Shown here one piece after another: positions 17,031 through 32,884 of a stretch of DNA of 64,000 bases. The stretch is taken from contig OZ024749.1 of NCBI GenBank assembly GCA_964016885.1, positions 44,516,001-44,580,000 on the forward strand, written 5' to 3'. Below the pieces are notes generated by a model. The model was not told the DNA's origin. It did no database searches and was given only the letters and a program-made list of their open reading frames with translations. The stretch comes from Eledone cirrhosa. Taxonomy: Eukaryota. The translations under genes and the position numbers were made by a program. How positions within the stretch are numbered: the first letter of the stretch is position 1; each line of letters starts with the position of its first letter.

Positions 17031-17088
17031 AAATATAAATATGTATATATTATATATATATATAAATATTTATGTATATATATAACAT

Positions 17089-17166
<78 letters not shown>

Positions 17167-17261
17167 GTATATATATGAATACAGAGACATGTATTTCTAT
17201 ATTTCTATTGAATAGCTATATGCCAGTTTGGCAAGCATCTTATATAATACATATATATATA

Positions 17262-17311
<50 letters not shown>

Positions 17312-17543
17312 TGTGTGTGTGTTTATGTGTCTGTGTGTGTGTGTGTGTATGTGACTGTTTCCATGTGTGCCCATGCGTGTGTGTAACTATGTAAGATATG
17401 TATGAAACAAATAATAAATCTGTCATTTTAACGTAAATTAGCTTCATTCATCCAGTGGGCCAATGCAAAATCAGAAATAGTCGCTATTTTGCGCATACAC
17501 ATATGTTAAAATAGAGACACAAATAACTGCGGAGCAACAACAC

Positions 17544-17616
<73 letters not shown>

Positions 17617-17619
17617 TAT

Positions 17620-17838
17620 GTGAAGGCGTGTGGCTGAGTGGTTAGAGAATTGGATTCGCAATCGTAAGGTTGTGAGTTCGATTCCTGGACCAGGCGATGC
17701 GTTATGTCCTTGAGCAAGACACTTTATTTCACGTTGCTCCTTCTACCTGGAGTTGCGACCGATAGATAGTATTAGCGATTGGAAAGACCAACGGAAACAT
17801 TGTTCCCTCGGTCCGATTTGACGAAAGTCGATCGTTTA

Positions 17839-17840
<2 letters not shown>
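17620..17840 (+). mobile_element. tRNA-derived SINE group 1a
   Basis: A-box tggctgagtggt and B-box gagttcgattcc, then gtccttgagcaagacact. Five near-identical copies in the window. Confidence 0.93.
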
Positions 17841-17881
<41 letters not shown>

Positions 17882-17965
17882 TCTATATATAAACACATAT
17901 ATATATATATATGTATGTATATATATAAATGTATATATAAACACACACACACATATATATATATA

Positions 17966-18241
17966 TTTCAGAAGATCCCGTTAAGGGTGAAAGCACCGAT
18001 TCTTTGCTTAAACTTCAATCTGCCATTTTAATATATATATATATATTTATTAAAATAACAGATTAAAGTTTAAGCAAATTTAAGAGTTTCAGAAGATCCC
18101 GTTAAGGGTGAAAGCAGCAATTCTTTGTTTAACTTTAATCTGTTATTTTCATAAATATTTCCTCTACGGTTTTTATATATTTGATATATATTTATCCTTA
18201 TCGAGCCCTCTTTGGATTTTAGTCTTCAAATTTATTATTAT

Positions 18242-18245
<4 letters not shown>
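17966..18245 (+). mobile_element. Family C elements (17966-18032 and 18047-18245) with HHR-like motif
   Basis: Consensus gagttt CAGAAGA tcccgttaagggt GAAA gca..tgc TT aaactt. The second copy has an inverted short end at left and the long end at right. Confidence 0.75.
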
Positions 18246-18274
<29 letters not shown>

Positions 18275-18616
18275 AAATGGATCCTGGACTTGATGCGAGA
18301 GGAAAGGGGAATGGCCTGAGAAAATCATCAAATACTGAAATTGAGTAAATGACTAAAGGTTTTGTAGATATTTATGAATGTATTCATTCTTTCATGTTTG
18401 AATTGTTTTCGTGAGGAAAATCTTGTAACGCTTTTATCATATATATATAATCACATAGAGATAAATAAAAATGGAGAAACTAATCATGCCATCGTGTCCA
18501 GGAATTGAACCCAATATCTTGAACACGAGATTTTAATGGATCAAATCATTTTAAATGCTATTTGTTTTTAACCTTTAAATCCTCTAAATCATATATATTT
18601 AAACAAAAACACACGC

Positions 18617-18769
<153 letters not shown>

Positions 18770-18897
18770 CACACACACACACACACGCACACACATACGC
18801 ACACACACACGTACGTATATTGTAATACGCAGAAAAAGAGCCATACAAGTCGATCACCAGAATATTTTTCATTTCATATGAATATATATATATATGT

Positions 18898-18939
<42 letters not shown>

Positions 18940-19411
18940 TTGTGTGTGTATGTGTGTGTATGTGAGTGTGTAGGTGGGGGTGTTATGTGTACATAAAACG
19001 AGATAGATAGCTAGAGAAGGTGGGGGTGGGGTGGGGGGTGTTCAACTAAATGCATACATACAAAAAAAAAAATTGATAGACATTTAAACGGTAGTTTGTA
19101 AACAGATATATGGGCATAGATGTAAACATTTCATTGAGACGTTCTTTACCACTGTTTCAAACAATAAATTATACGGGGCACACACTCCGCCTCCTACAAA
19201 CTCTAGTAGACCACCCATGGGTGTAACATTTCAACTGATCAGCACCGACACAAAGACACTTCAGTTTATATTCGTTTCAGTAGGCAGTGAGTTGTGTAAT
19301 AGTAATACTATGTGATATCGTCAAGTAGAGATTACTGTTTAATGTCTGTAAAAGAAATATATACTTATAATAAATAAAAACAAGAAAGGTAAATATATAC
19401 ATTCATACGTT

Positions 19412-19509
<98 letters not shown>

Positions 19510-19557
19510 ATGTATATATATATATGTATATATATATAAATATATATATATATATTA

Positions 19558-19589
<32 letters not shown>

Positions 19590-19709
19590 CATGATCTATG
19601 TGAAACGAGCGATACATTTTCCTTTCTTTTTTCATATATATATATATATATATATGTATATATGTGTGTATATTTATATATTATATATATATATATACAC
19701 ATATATAAT

Positions 19710-19741
<32 letters not shown>

Positions 19742-19743
19742 AT

Positions 19744-19805
<62 letters not shown>

Positions 19806-19807
19806 AT

Positions 19808-19850
<43 letters not shown>

Positions 19851-19944
19851 AAAGAAAGGAAAAGGTATCGCTGGTTCACATAGATCATTCCGCCATTCTT
19901 GAACACAACATAATGCTTATGTATATTGAATGTAACTATATATA

Positions 19945-20004
<60 letters not shown>

Positions 20005-21109
20005 TATGTTGAACAATGGAAACAAATGGAGAAATCTAGTACTCAATTAATTGTTTTACGATCGTTTCATATGACCATGGTATATCCATGCATGAATATA
20101 TTTCTTTAGTTGTGTATATAAATAGCGCTCTATAAACATATATATACATGTGTACATGCTTCTTCCTCTTGCTCTTACTCGACGAGGCTGGGGGACATCC
20201 TAACCCAGCCATCCTTAAGCATCGTCGTGCGTATAGCCGAGTATCTTACAATAAAAAGATTAGAAGCAAGATTGACCTCATTGTGATTCGAATTCAGGGC
20301 AGAGAGAGCCGGAAAGATTAACTTGAATAATGCTATCCCAACCACCAAGCATATTTATGTTTGAACACAAATTCTTAATTCAAAAAGTGACATTAGAATC
20401 ATAGAAATCAGATGTCAAAATGGATGCCAAGGAGGCTTTCCATCATGCCATTGCTTAAACTTAATTGGAAGGCTTTGCATTCATTACATTGGTTCATGTA
20501 CGGCGCTCAGCTAAATATTTATGAAATATTAAATATTTACATTTAAAAATTTACTTTTCCTTAGAATCCACTACACACAAAAACAATACAAACACAAACA
20601 TACACACACATAAATACAAACACATATATAAATATATATTTGCTTTCTTTTTCACTCTGTTGAGAATGGCGTCGCAGAATCAGACAAAAGGCAGTCTAAT
20701 TCTATAGCAACACGAATCAATGGAAAATATAAAGTAGATGAGACAGTTTCAAATAAACAGATATTAATCGATAAATAATTCTTATAAACTGAAGCAGTAA
20801 TATAAGACATATTTTTATTTCGTCTGAATTATTGTGCATTACTGAATAATATATAATGATTTTTTTTATTTTCCTATTTGTGTTGGGAGAAAGCCAAAAA
20901 TTCTTAAAGGAGAGTTATAATATAGTCACAGAAATCCCAGGGCATGTATGCTAATGGCTTTCTCTACTCACAAGATTATTGAAATTTAAGATTCATATTG
21001 ACGGAATTTGAACTCAAAGCGTTGAAAACGTAATGAAATAATATAATGTCAATGACATTATTTAGTGAATATTTAAATCGTTGCTTGTATAGACAGCTAG
21101 TCATTAAGG

Positions 21110-21535
21110 AGTTGGATTAAATACATTGGTATAGTTTGGTCTACCAGTTGTGTTATATGGTCTTGACTGTGTTAATTGGACGACAATGTAACTTCAGAAG
21201 CTCTCTACATTCCAGAACCCCATCATGAGATTTATGACTGGCAAGCGGCTCAGCGACCGTATCTGTATCAGTGAGCCGCTCAACATTACCAAATTTAGAC
21301 CAATTACATCAATTGTCAAGTCAAGAGTACTCAAACTATACAGCCATTTAAAAAGATCAACTCGTGGTGTGAGTAGGTTATGCCTGGAAGCAAGGTTGGC
21401 TGGTAAAAGAAGCAGACGCCGGCAGCCAAAACGCTGGCTTGACGATGTCAACTTATGGACTGGACTTGATCTTTGCTCTTTGGACTCTGCTGCTGGTGAT
21501 CGAACTTTGTGGAGAGAGATATCTCAAGTTGATGC
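21110..21535 (+). mobile_element. Decayed RTE-clade LINE C-terminal coding region
   Basis: In-frame LPVVLYGLDCVNWTTM*LQKLSTFQNPIMRFMTGKRLSDRI...YSHLKR...GKRSRRRQPKRWLDDV...AAGDRTLWR matches the RTE C-terminal pattern (LLYG, GH..R, R.RGRP..RW.D, DR..WR). Confidence 0.88.
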
Positions 21536-22305
21536 GCAGTTTTGCGCCACAAGAATATGTTCGATCTCTCTAAGCTCAGGGTTTAAATTCCGTTGAGGTC
21601 AGCTTTGCTTTCTCTCATTTTAGAAGCGATAAATAAAGTAGCAGTCCAGGATTTGAGGAATGACGGAATTATTAAAGAGTCAGACTGAATGCTTTACCGA
21701 AGCTGATTCAGCTCTCAGCATTCTGAATTCAGATCCCGCCTCGTTCTGGCAAACATTGCGATCGTACATGCAGATAACACCAGCAATGGAAAGACTATTT
21801 GAAAGGAACATACTTTCCTTGGTTTGATCTCACGATTAGCTCCTTACCTTTCTTTTTATATTGACATTGAATTATGAATCATGTCGTCAGCATTGTTTAA
21901 TTTCAACCGGGTACGAAAGACAATGCCGTGAATAAATCTTATTTACATTTAGTTCTAAACATATCGTATAGTCTTAATTACCGATAGCTTCAATACACGT
22001 ACATACACACAGAGTGAGAGGCAGAGAGAGTGAGAGTGAGTGAGTGAGTTAGAGTGAGGCGGGGGTGGAAGTGATATGGAGAGAGTTTGAGAGAGAGAGG
22101 GAGAGAAAGAGAGAGATACATCTATATCATGTGATATGGTGGGATAGATAAATTGATAGATTGATAGAGAGATTGATAGATGATAATATAAACCAAATTG
22201 TATTGATGTATAGTCTTTAAAAAAAGACAATTAGAGAGTCACGAACGTAAATATACTTATATCACAAACATATAGGCACACACAAAAATATATATACATA
22301 TACAT

Positions 22306-22380
<75 letters not shown>

Positions 22381-22419
22381 ATATATATTTATAATTATAT
22401 ATATTATATATATGTATAT

Positions 22420-22456
<37 letters not shown>

Positions 22457-22493
22457 CATGAATATATATATATATATATATATATATACATGA

Positions 22494-22571
<78 letters not shown>

Positions 22572-22606
22572 GTATATATATATGTATATATATATATTTA
22601 TATTTA

Positions 22607-22713
<107 letters not shown>

Positions 22714-22933
22714 GTGTCCAAGTAAGTAGCTAGCAGATGTCATTGATCGCTCCATAAATTAGCTGAACACGCCATAATGGAATCTATTCAGCATTGAAAT
22801 GGTGCTTGCCTGATTTCTATCTCATCGGTGTGAGTTCAACATTAGTTGTAACGCAAGTGAACCATTTGAAAACATACTGTAAATATGTTCGTTAAATTTT
22901 GCATATATGTATATATATATATGTATATATATG

Positions 22934-23052
<119 letters not shown>

Positions 23053-23069
23053 GTATATATATGTATATA

Positions 23070-23112
<43 letters not shown>

Positions 23113-23277
23113 ATATGTGTGTGTTTATGTATATATATATAGTGCTTACGAATATAGTGTATACCAACATGACACATTTATCACATACATATGTAAATAA
23201 TATAAACATCCCGAATTATACAGACATATACACCCAAACACACATAAATAGATACACACACATATGTATACACACAC

Positions 23278-23346
<69 letters not shown>

Positions 23347-23423
23347 ATATATATGTGTAAATATATTTATATATATATATATGTATATATATATATGCAT
23401 ATATACAGACACGACACATGTAT

Positions 23424-23473
<50 letters not shown>

Positions 23474-23921
23474 GGTCACATACATGAACATATGCACTCA
23501 GTGATATTTCTTTAGATCGGTAAAGGAAATTACTCTCTTTATTTAGTTTTTCTATAGAATGTAATATATATTTCCTGTATTGATACGGAGTAAATCAATT
23601 TACTAAGTGTAAAACAAGATATACACTTGTCAAGACTACACAAAGAAAACAGAGCTCCTAATTAATTAATGTATATATTATTATCTAACTAGTCACATAC
23701 ATAAACATATCCATATATATATATGTATATATGTATATATATATATAAATGAAGTAATTCCGTCGGAAAGGTCCAGGAAAAAAGACTGCTCTCTCTCTAT
23801 ATATATATATACAGAGAAAGAGAGAGAGAGAGGGTGAGAGAGAGATAGAGAAATAGATAGAGAGAGGGATAGAGAGAGAGAGCGAAATACGTATATATAT
23901 TTGTGATATGTCTATATCTGT

Positions 23922-23988
<67 letters not shown>

Positions 23989-24422
23989 TCTTTCTCTCCA
24001 TACACACACACACACACACACACACTCTCTCACAGATACGCACACACACACATATATATATATATGGATATGGGTATATGCATATGTGTATGTATGTGCA
24101 CGAATCTGTGCTTATATATATATATATATGTGTGTGTGTGTGATGCCATCGAATTATTTTTGTAACTATGTTTCTTGTCACACTGGTTATGAAATGACGA
24201 CGTGTGCATGTGTATATGTACACTATAATATATGTGTAGAGATAAAGAAGAAAAAAACAAACTGCAAGTTGAGGAAATGTTTGCATGTTGGTTATGTGTC
24301 CTTTATTACAGTCTGAAAAACACTAACACAGTGTCAGTGGCATTGGATGTTTCTGTGTGTTGTTACAGTTACGTTATACTATTATATTGCATGCTTACAT
24401 GCATGGCAATACAAATACACAC

Positions 24423-24597
<175 letters not shown>

Positions 24598-24649
24598 TAC
24601 GCGCGCGCATATTTACATATATAGTGAAAGAGTGAAGAATAACATGTTC

Positions 24650-24684
<35 letters not shown>

Positions 24685-24717
24685 TTGGATTTTAGTCTTC
24701 ACATTTATTATTAATAC

Positions 24718-24802
<85 letters not shown>

Positions 24803-25200
24803 GTATATATATGTTTTGCTAGTTTGCTATGGCCAAATGTTAAAGATAATATAACAAAAATTGGACCACTACAACTAGATATTAACAAGGAAAACGTTAC
24901 AAAACACAACAGCAGACAACATGAAAAGTTATTCAGAGAAAGAAGAGTTAATTTGGTTCCGCGGAAGATTGAAGTTGTGGAATAGAAGCGTGCTAACTGT
25001 ATTGCCTTAACACCGGCCACTCCAACCGTATTTCTATGGCTTTTAGTATTTCTACAGGCCTTAAATGTCACGACTGCAACACTTACCAATGGCCTATGTG
25101 TCATATACAAATAGATACACACATAGATACACACACATTTATACATATATACGTACATACATAAATACAAAGATACATATATATATATATTTATTATTAT

Positions 25201-25265
<65 letters not shown>

Positions 25266-25294
25266 AATATATATATATATCTAAATATATATAA

Positions 25295-25351
<57 letters not shown>

Positions 25352-25362
25352 AATATATATAA

Positions 25363-25459
<97 letters not shown>

Positions 25460-25664
25460 AATATATACATATATATATATAAATATATACATATATATAT
25501 ATAAATATATAAATACATATAAATATATATAATACATATATATATATATAAATATATATATGTATATAAATATATATATATTTATATATATATATTTATA
25601 TACATATATATATTTATATATATATATGTATTTATATATATTTATATATATATATGTATATATT

Positions 25665-25697
<33 letters not shown>

Positions 25698-25810
25698 ATA
25701 TATATTTATATGATATATATTTTCCTTATCGAGCCCTCTTTGGATTTTAGTCTTCAATTTTATTATTATTACTATATATATTTATATATATATATGTATT
25801 TGTATATATT

Positions 25811-25841
<31 letters not shown>

Positions 25842-25846
25842 GTATA

Positions 25847-25941
<95 letters not shown>

Positions 25942-26329
25942 CACACACTTACAAAGACATTGTCTTGAACTTGTCCTGAAGAAATGTTAATCTAAACGAT
26001 CCAATCCAACTAACATTTGTGTAAAGTAGGGAAAAATTCTAGGTTTTTAATATATACGAGGTGGCATTTTGTAAGGAGATAAATATTTTTAGACATTCGT
26101 TCTCTCTATACATAGGCTAAACAGATACGTATACACGCACACAGACACAGACACACACATATATATGTATATATATATACATATATATATATAATCATAT
26201 GATTTTAAAGTTCCTTGACTATTTCTTGATCAAAGAAATATATTATAGACGATTTAGTCAAATAAACCTATTGCACACACACTAAATTCTCATTTAAGTA
26301 ACTGCATAATACTAACCTCTTGTTCACCA

Positions 26330-26582
26330 GAAACTGAGTGCATGGCTTACTTAAACTCTTGTGAGGTCTTGGGTTTTAGCTGTTAGTCAAAGTCTCTTCT
26401 TTTTTTCCTACTTTGGGGAAGTACTGGTTCTGCCTTGCTCGTCTCTCAGATCTCAGAGATACACACTCCGTCGATGTAAATTTACTCCAAAGATACTTCA
26501 GGAGAAACCCATTCCGGCCGCTTGAATTCCTGATCGTATTCTTTTGGTCACTACCCAAGATTCATGACCATAGGAAAAGGCT
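26330..26582 (-). mobile_element. Decayed RTE-clade LINE fragment
   Basis: Minus-strand LSYGHESWVVTKRIRSGIQAAGMGF resembles the RTE motif LTYGHE.W.MT.R.RSRIQAAEM.F. Confidence 0.8.
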
Positions 26583-26937
26583 GGTACTACTGTTAGTAAC
26601 ATTTTATACAGACAAAAATATTATATATCAAATTGAGGTAAAATTTGGTGGATCAACGAACAAAACAGCAATGCAATATGGTGATGGATTATATTTTTTT
26701 GAAGTTTAATTCTCGTGAAGAATTGAGTTTTAATATCCAGCCTCATTGCTATGATACAATATACGAAATAATTGGTGGTGGACCATTTATTCAGATAAAT
26801 TCCTAGTTTCTATAAAGATATGTGATGTTGTCCCAATGCAAGACACATCACTATCACTACTGTTTGTGTTTGCCATTAGTCTATGCTTGCCCAAATGATT
26901 TGCGCTACCTTATATATATATATTTATATATATATAT

Positions 26938-27055
<118 letters not shown>

Positions 27056-27386
27056 TCATATATATATATATTTATATACATACATATATATATTCCTTTT
27101 TCGGCTTCCAAATCTCCCGAAGCGTGAATAAAGTCTCGCCTACTCCATGGAGCTATCGGTAGCCAGAAGAAAGGAGGATATATATTTACTTTTACTCGGT
27201 AATGGATATAAACATAATATTTAAAAAGCCGAACACATTCTGTGACAGCCGTACTAATAGCTTCGTCTGTGTACTTTTACTTCACATTTCCTATTTATAC
27301 GCAAACACGCAGAGGCGCTCATGCTTTAGTCATAGGCACACACCCATATATACATATGGACATACACACACACACACGTACACACT

Positions 27387-27476
<90 letters not shown>

Positions 27477-27554
27477 CATATATTTATGTTTGCATACATA
27501 TGTATAAATATATGTATGTACATATATAGATGTGTGTGTGTTTGTACGCATACC

Positions 27555-27597
<43 letters not shown>

Positions 27598-27850
27598 CAT
27601 ACCGTATATATATAGTAATAATAATAAATAGGTGTTTGTCCGTGTGTGAGTAAGTGTATCCTTGTATCCTTATGTGTGTGTATGAATCCATAAGCGCATA
27701 TGAGTATATATATATATATATATATATAAATATATATATATATAAATATATATATATAAATATATATATATATAAATATATTATGAAGAGAGAAGAAACA
27801 TTTAGATATAATTAGTAATAAAATGTATCATACCCAAACTGTTCCTAAAT

Positions 27851-27938
27851 TCCTCGACTACGTAGTTTCGTGGCATAAACAAAAACAATATATCAAAGAT
27901 ATAGAGTCCTTGCGAGGTCTGCCAACTTATCAAGAGGA
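27851..27938 (-). ncRNA. Type I hammerhead ribozyme motif (U3-A8 variant), family A
   Basis: Reverse complement of 28098-28185. Confidence 0.75.
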
Positions 27939-28097
27939 TACCTCATTTTACTAGTCTCAAGAACGCGTCTACACGACGTGAGAAAGAATCCCAAAAGGCG
28001 GAGGGGGAGATAGTCACGCGATATATCTCCCCCTCCGCCTTTTGGGATTCTTTCTCACGTCGTGTAGACGCGTTCTTGAGACTAGTAAAATGAGGTA

Positions 28098-28185
28098 TCC
28101 TCTTGATAAGTTGGCAGACCTCGCAAGGACTCTATATCTTTGATATATTGTTTTTGTTTATGCCACGAAACTACGTAGTCGAGGA
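28098..28185 (+). ncRNA. Type I hammerhead ribozyme motif (U3-A8 variant), family A
   Basis: tcctc TTGATAA gttggca[...]tgccac GAAA ctacgtag TC gagga: 5-bp stem I, stem II, palindromic stem III. Predicted GUC cleavage after 28180. Confidence 0.78.
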
Positions 28186-28688
28186 ATTTAGGAACAGTTT
28201 GGGTATGATACATTTTATTACTAATTATATCTAAATGTTTCTTCTCTCTTCATAATGTATTTTTAACTCTGATACTGGTTCAGTCTGGTTCAAACTGAAT
28301 TGGTCTGTCCCAGTCATTCGTTGAGCAACATCGGTGAAGTTGGCGCCCTTAACTCACAGTTGGGTGCGGGTGCATTCATGTATATATGTGTGTCCCCGCA
28401 TGTATCTGTGTGTTTCTAAATGTATTAATAACTCCCTCTGGTCGAGCAATCTTTGAGGTGTGGGGACAACTGGAAAGCTTCCATTACTCATGCTTCTCGC
28501 CTTCTTCACTACCTCTTCTGCGGCCTCGATATGAATACCCCCTCCGCCTCCGTGGTATTTTCTTCGTGGTTATAAGAGGCTTAGCTCTGTTTCTCGACCG
28601 TTATATCGCGTGACTATCTCCCCCTCCGCCTTTTGGGATTCTTTCTCACGTCGTGTAGACGCGTTCTTGAGACTAGTAAAATGAGGTA

Positions 28689-28776
28689 TCCTCTTGATAA
28701 GTTGGCAGACCTCGCAAGGACTCTATATCTTTGATATATTGTTTTTGTTTATGCCACGAAACTACGTAGTCGAGGA
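28689..28776 (+). ncRNA. Type I hammerhead ribozyme motif (U3-A8 variant), family A
   Basis: Identical to 28098-28185; predicted cleavage after 28771. Confidence 0.78.
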
Positions 28777-29013
28777 ATTTAGGAACAGTTTGGGTATGAT
28801 ACATTTTATTACTAATTATATCTAAATGTTTCTTCTCTCTTCATAATGTATTTTTAACTCTGATACTGGTTCAGTCTGGTTCAAACTGAATTGGTCTGTC
28901 CCAGTCATTCGTTGAGCAACATCGGTGAAGTTGGCGCCCTTAACTCACAGTTGGGTGCGGGTGCATTCATGTATATATGTGTGTCCCCGCATGTATCTGT
29001 GTGTTTCTAAATG

Positions 29014-29047
<34 letters not shown>

Positions 29048-29055
29048 CATACACA

Positions 29056-29278
29056 GTGAAGGCGTGTGGTTGAGTGGTTAGAGAATTAGATTCGCAATCG
29101 TGAGGTTGTGAGTTCAATTCCTGGACCGTGCGATGCGATATGTCCTTGAGCAAGACACTTTATTTCACGTTGCTCCTTCTACCTGGAGTTGCGACCGATA
29201 GATAGTATTAGCAATTGGAAAGACCAACGGAAACATTGTTTCCTCGGTCCGATTTGACGAAAGTCGATCGTTCCTAAG
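29056..29278 (+). mobile_element. tRNA-derived SINE group 1a
   Basis: Near-identical to 17620-17840. Confidence 0.93.
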
Positions 29279-29796
29279 ATATATATACAATGTGAATGAT
29301 ATATGCTGTGATATGGGTATGTTTATAGATGTTCGTTGAGATGTGTTCGCTACGTTTCAACGTTGATGATCCTGGACCATATAGAAGACTCAATAAGTAA
29401 ACATTTCTGCATTAACTTATATGATGTGATATGTATATATGTGTGTATGTATATATGTATGTGTGTGTGTGTGTACGTATGCGTGTGTGTGCGTGCGTGA
29501 GTGTATGTGCGTGTGTATGTGTATAGTTATACGATCTGCTATGCATCTATGTGTGTGTATTCCTAGGTGTGTGCGTGTGTATGTGTGTGTGTATGTATGT
29601 ATTTGTGTATATATATATATATATGTGTGTGTATGTGTGTGTGTATTCATAGACGTCTATGTGTGTATAAGTGTGTGTATGTGTGTGTTTGTCTGTTTGA
29701 ATTCTTATACGTCAATGTGTGTAAGTCTGTGTTTGTGTGTATATATATATATATATATGTGTGTGTATTTGTATTCCTATTCGTCTATGTGTCTAC

Positions 29797-29844
<48 letters not shown>

Positions 29845-30783
29845 GTATGTATTTGTATTCGTATTCGTCTATGTGTGTACGTGTGTGTGTATATATATAT
29901 GCGTATATATTTGTATTTGTATACGCCTACGTGTGTCTGTATACGAGTATATATGTATGTGTATTGTCACAATCGTTATAGAATATTGAGAGGCTTTAGT
30001 AAATAATGGTAAGAGCAACAGAGCAAGTGATCTTTAGTGACAAGAGATGGGCTGGAGAATCAATTTTCAAGATGTCTCCCAGCAGCTTCCCCTGTTTGTC
30101 TGTCTTACAATATGCTTGTCTTTCACTCTCGTTCCCTTTGAGTCTCTCTATCTTTTACTCTCTTCTGTCTCTTACACGTTCTGTCTTTCCCCCTGTCTCT
30201 CTTTCAGTCTCTATGTACTTTACTCTCTCTTATCTCTCACCTGGTCTGTCTTTGTCTCTGCCTATACTTCACTCTCTCAATTTCTCAATTTTCCCCTCTG
30301 TCGATCAATCTGTCTGTTGGTTTATCACTAAATGTTTCCCTCGGTATGACCCTTAGTCTATTTATCCTTCCTTCAGCCTATCTATCTATTATTCTGTCTA
30401 TCAGTCTGTCAAAAATTCTATCTATCTTTCACTCTGTCTGAACATCAGTTTGTCACTATGTTTACCTTTCAATCTATATGACATTCACTCTCCGTCAATC
30501 GTCTGTGTGTCTGCCGCGTTATCAACTGATCAAATAGATGTAACATTATAAAATATGTTGCAGCATTCAAGGTGGTCATATGAGCATGAACGCGAGGCTT
30601 CGTTCCGTCTCTTTATACACCTAACACTTTGTTTATTTCTAACCCATCACAACACATGACTTGTCTACTCCATATTGCTCTCGCCTTCTTTCTCTCGCTC
30701 TATATATATTTCTCTTTAGCTCTCTTTTTTATTGTTCCTATCGATATATCTATCTATGTAGCCCTCCCTGACATTCACCCCCC

Positions 30784-30943
<160 letters not shown>

Positions 30944-30957
30944 TTATATATATATAT

Positions 30958-31066
<109 letters not shown>

Positions 31067-31902
31067 GTTTGTTTCCAGACAGTTTAGCTGGCTGCCATAC
31101 CAGACTCCACGTCATAACACATACACTCTCTTATCCTTATAAGTTTGTATGAATGTGTATGTGTGTATATATATGTGTGTGTGTGTGTGTGTGCGTTTGT
31201 ATATATGATTATACGCATATGTGTATGTGAAAATCTATAGATGGGTATCTCCCAAATTTTTCCATATTTGTCTTCCAATTGACTCCATATTTAAACGCAT
31301 CTCTACCCTCTCGTCTTCAATTTCGATTGAAAGATTGAATCAGACTCTCTACGATTCTGTCATTCTCTCTGTTTTACATCTATAACTCAAGTCCCATAAT
31401 CAATCTCTATCTATCTCATATTTTCCCGCTCTCTTTCTCATTCTGTCTCTCTCCTCTTCCTCTTCCTGTTCCTGTCTCTCTCTCTCTCTCTTCAAAATCC
31501 TCAACTTGTATTTGACCAGAAGTTATCAGTTTAACAAGCAACTGTTTTATATATCTTCATTCTAGATTAGTCAACACATTCTTTATCACTGTATTATCTA
31601 TCTCCTTAGTTCTCTACTCTGATAAGTTTATCTATGCTTGTCACCAGTCTTTCTGCCTGCCACAACGGCTGTGTGTCTTTCTGTTTGTCTCTCTTTGACT
31701 TTGTGTCTCTCACTCTTTTACTCATTTACTATTTCCGTCTACGTGGATTCACTCCCTTCTTTCACGCTCTCTTCTGCAGGTTTGTGTAAGCAGAACCTCG
31801 CACTCTTGTCCACTTCCTCCATCCCTACTCCTTGAGCCATCCTCCCCCCTCTTCCTCCACTTTCCCCTTCTTCTTCACCATCACTTCCTACTGCTCTTCC
31901 TC

Positions 31903-31909
<7 letters not shown>

Positions 31910-31990
<81 letters not shown>
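31910..31990. repeat. (ACT)n microsatellite
   Basis: Seen directly. Confidence 0.97.
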
Positions 31991-31994
<4 letters not shown>

Positions 31995-32094
31995 TCCTCC
32001 TATTTCTCTAGCGAGACGGCAAAGCAATCATCCACGTTGTGTTACAGTACAGTACAGTAGAGAACAACATACATTTTATTTAGCCATCTCTCTC

Positions 32095-32158
<64 letters not shown>

Positions 32159-32565
32159 CGCCCTCTCACGCTCAAAGCGCTGAGCTAAGACAGTAATTAA
32201 AAGCTATATAAATAAAAACACTTCAGTCTTATCTCTCATGGGGTACATTCCCCTCTTCTTTTGCGCCACTGAAAAGGCGGCTTTGTCTTTCAAGCGTGAT
32301 ACACGAAATTGTAGACTGGTCTACAGAGAATTCCTGCCATTATGTCAAATATTGGCCGTGCGGTGATGGCGGTTGTAGTCCATTCAATGTCTCTTCAATC
32401 GCATGGCGTCAGTCAAACTATCAAGCGTTGATACATGGCAAACATAATGAACACAGGGACATATAAAAACACAGAAAAAAAAAATGCATAGCAGAAAATG
32501 AAAAAGAAAGAAAAACAAAACTGAAAAATATTGTAAAAAAGATATAGACAATGAAAAGATGAAAC

Positions 32566-32597
<32 letters not shown>

Positions 32598-32649
32598 GTG
32601 TGTGTGTGTATACACATATTTCCTTGTCAATATATTTTTACAATATCTT

Positions 32650-32690
<41 letters not shown>

Positions 32691-32805
32691 CATATTTATA
32701 CATACATATACATATACATATATACATACATATACATATGTGTGTGTGTGTGTGTGTAAATGTGTTTGACTATACATGCATAGACGAGTACAAACTTATT
32801 TGTGT

Positions 32806-32884
<79 letters not shown>

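Larger units (their letters stand above)
27780..29016 (+). mobile_element. Family A: retrozyme/PLE-like element with inverted plus direct repeats and three HHRs
   Basis: 402-bp direct repeats 28024-28425 and 28615-29016 (period 591). 27780-28025 is the reverse complement of 28602-28847. Flanked by (TA)n-like tracts; no long ORF. Confidence 0.85.

Noticed and set aside
17620-17700. tRNA gene
   Set aside because: A and B boxes are present but continue into a multi-copy SINE body, and no convincing cloverleaf was seen.
20165-20245. HDV-like ribozyme (ggctggg/cccagcc helix)
   Set aside because: Only 11 nt between the helix strands, leaving no room for P2, P3 and L3.
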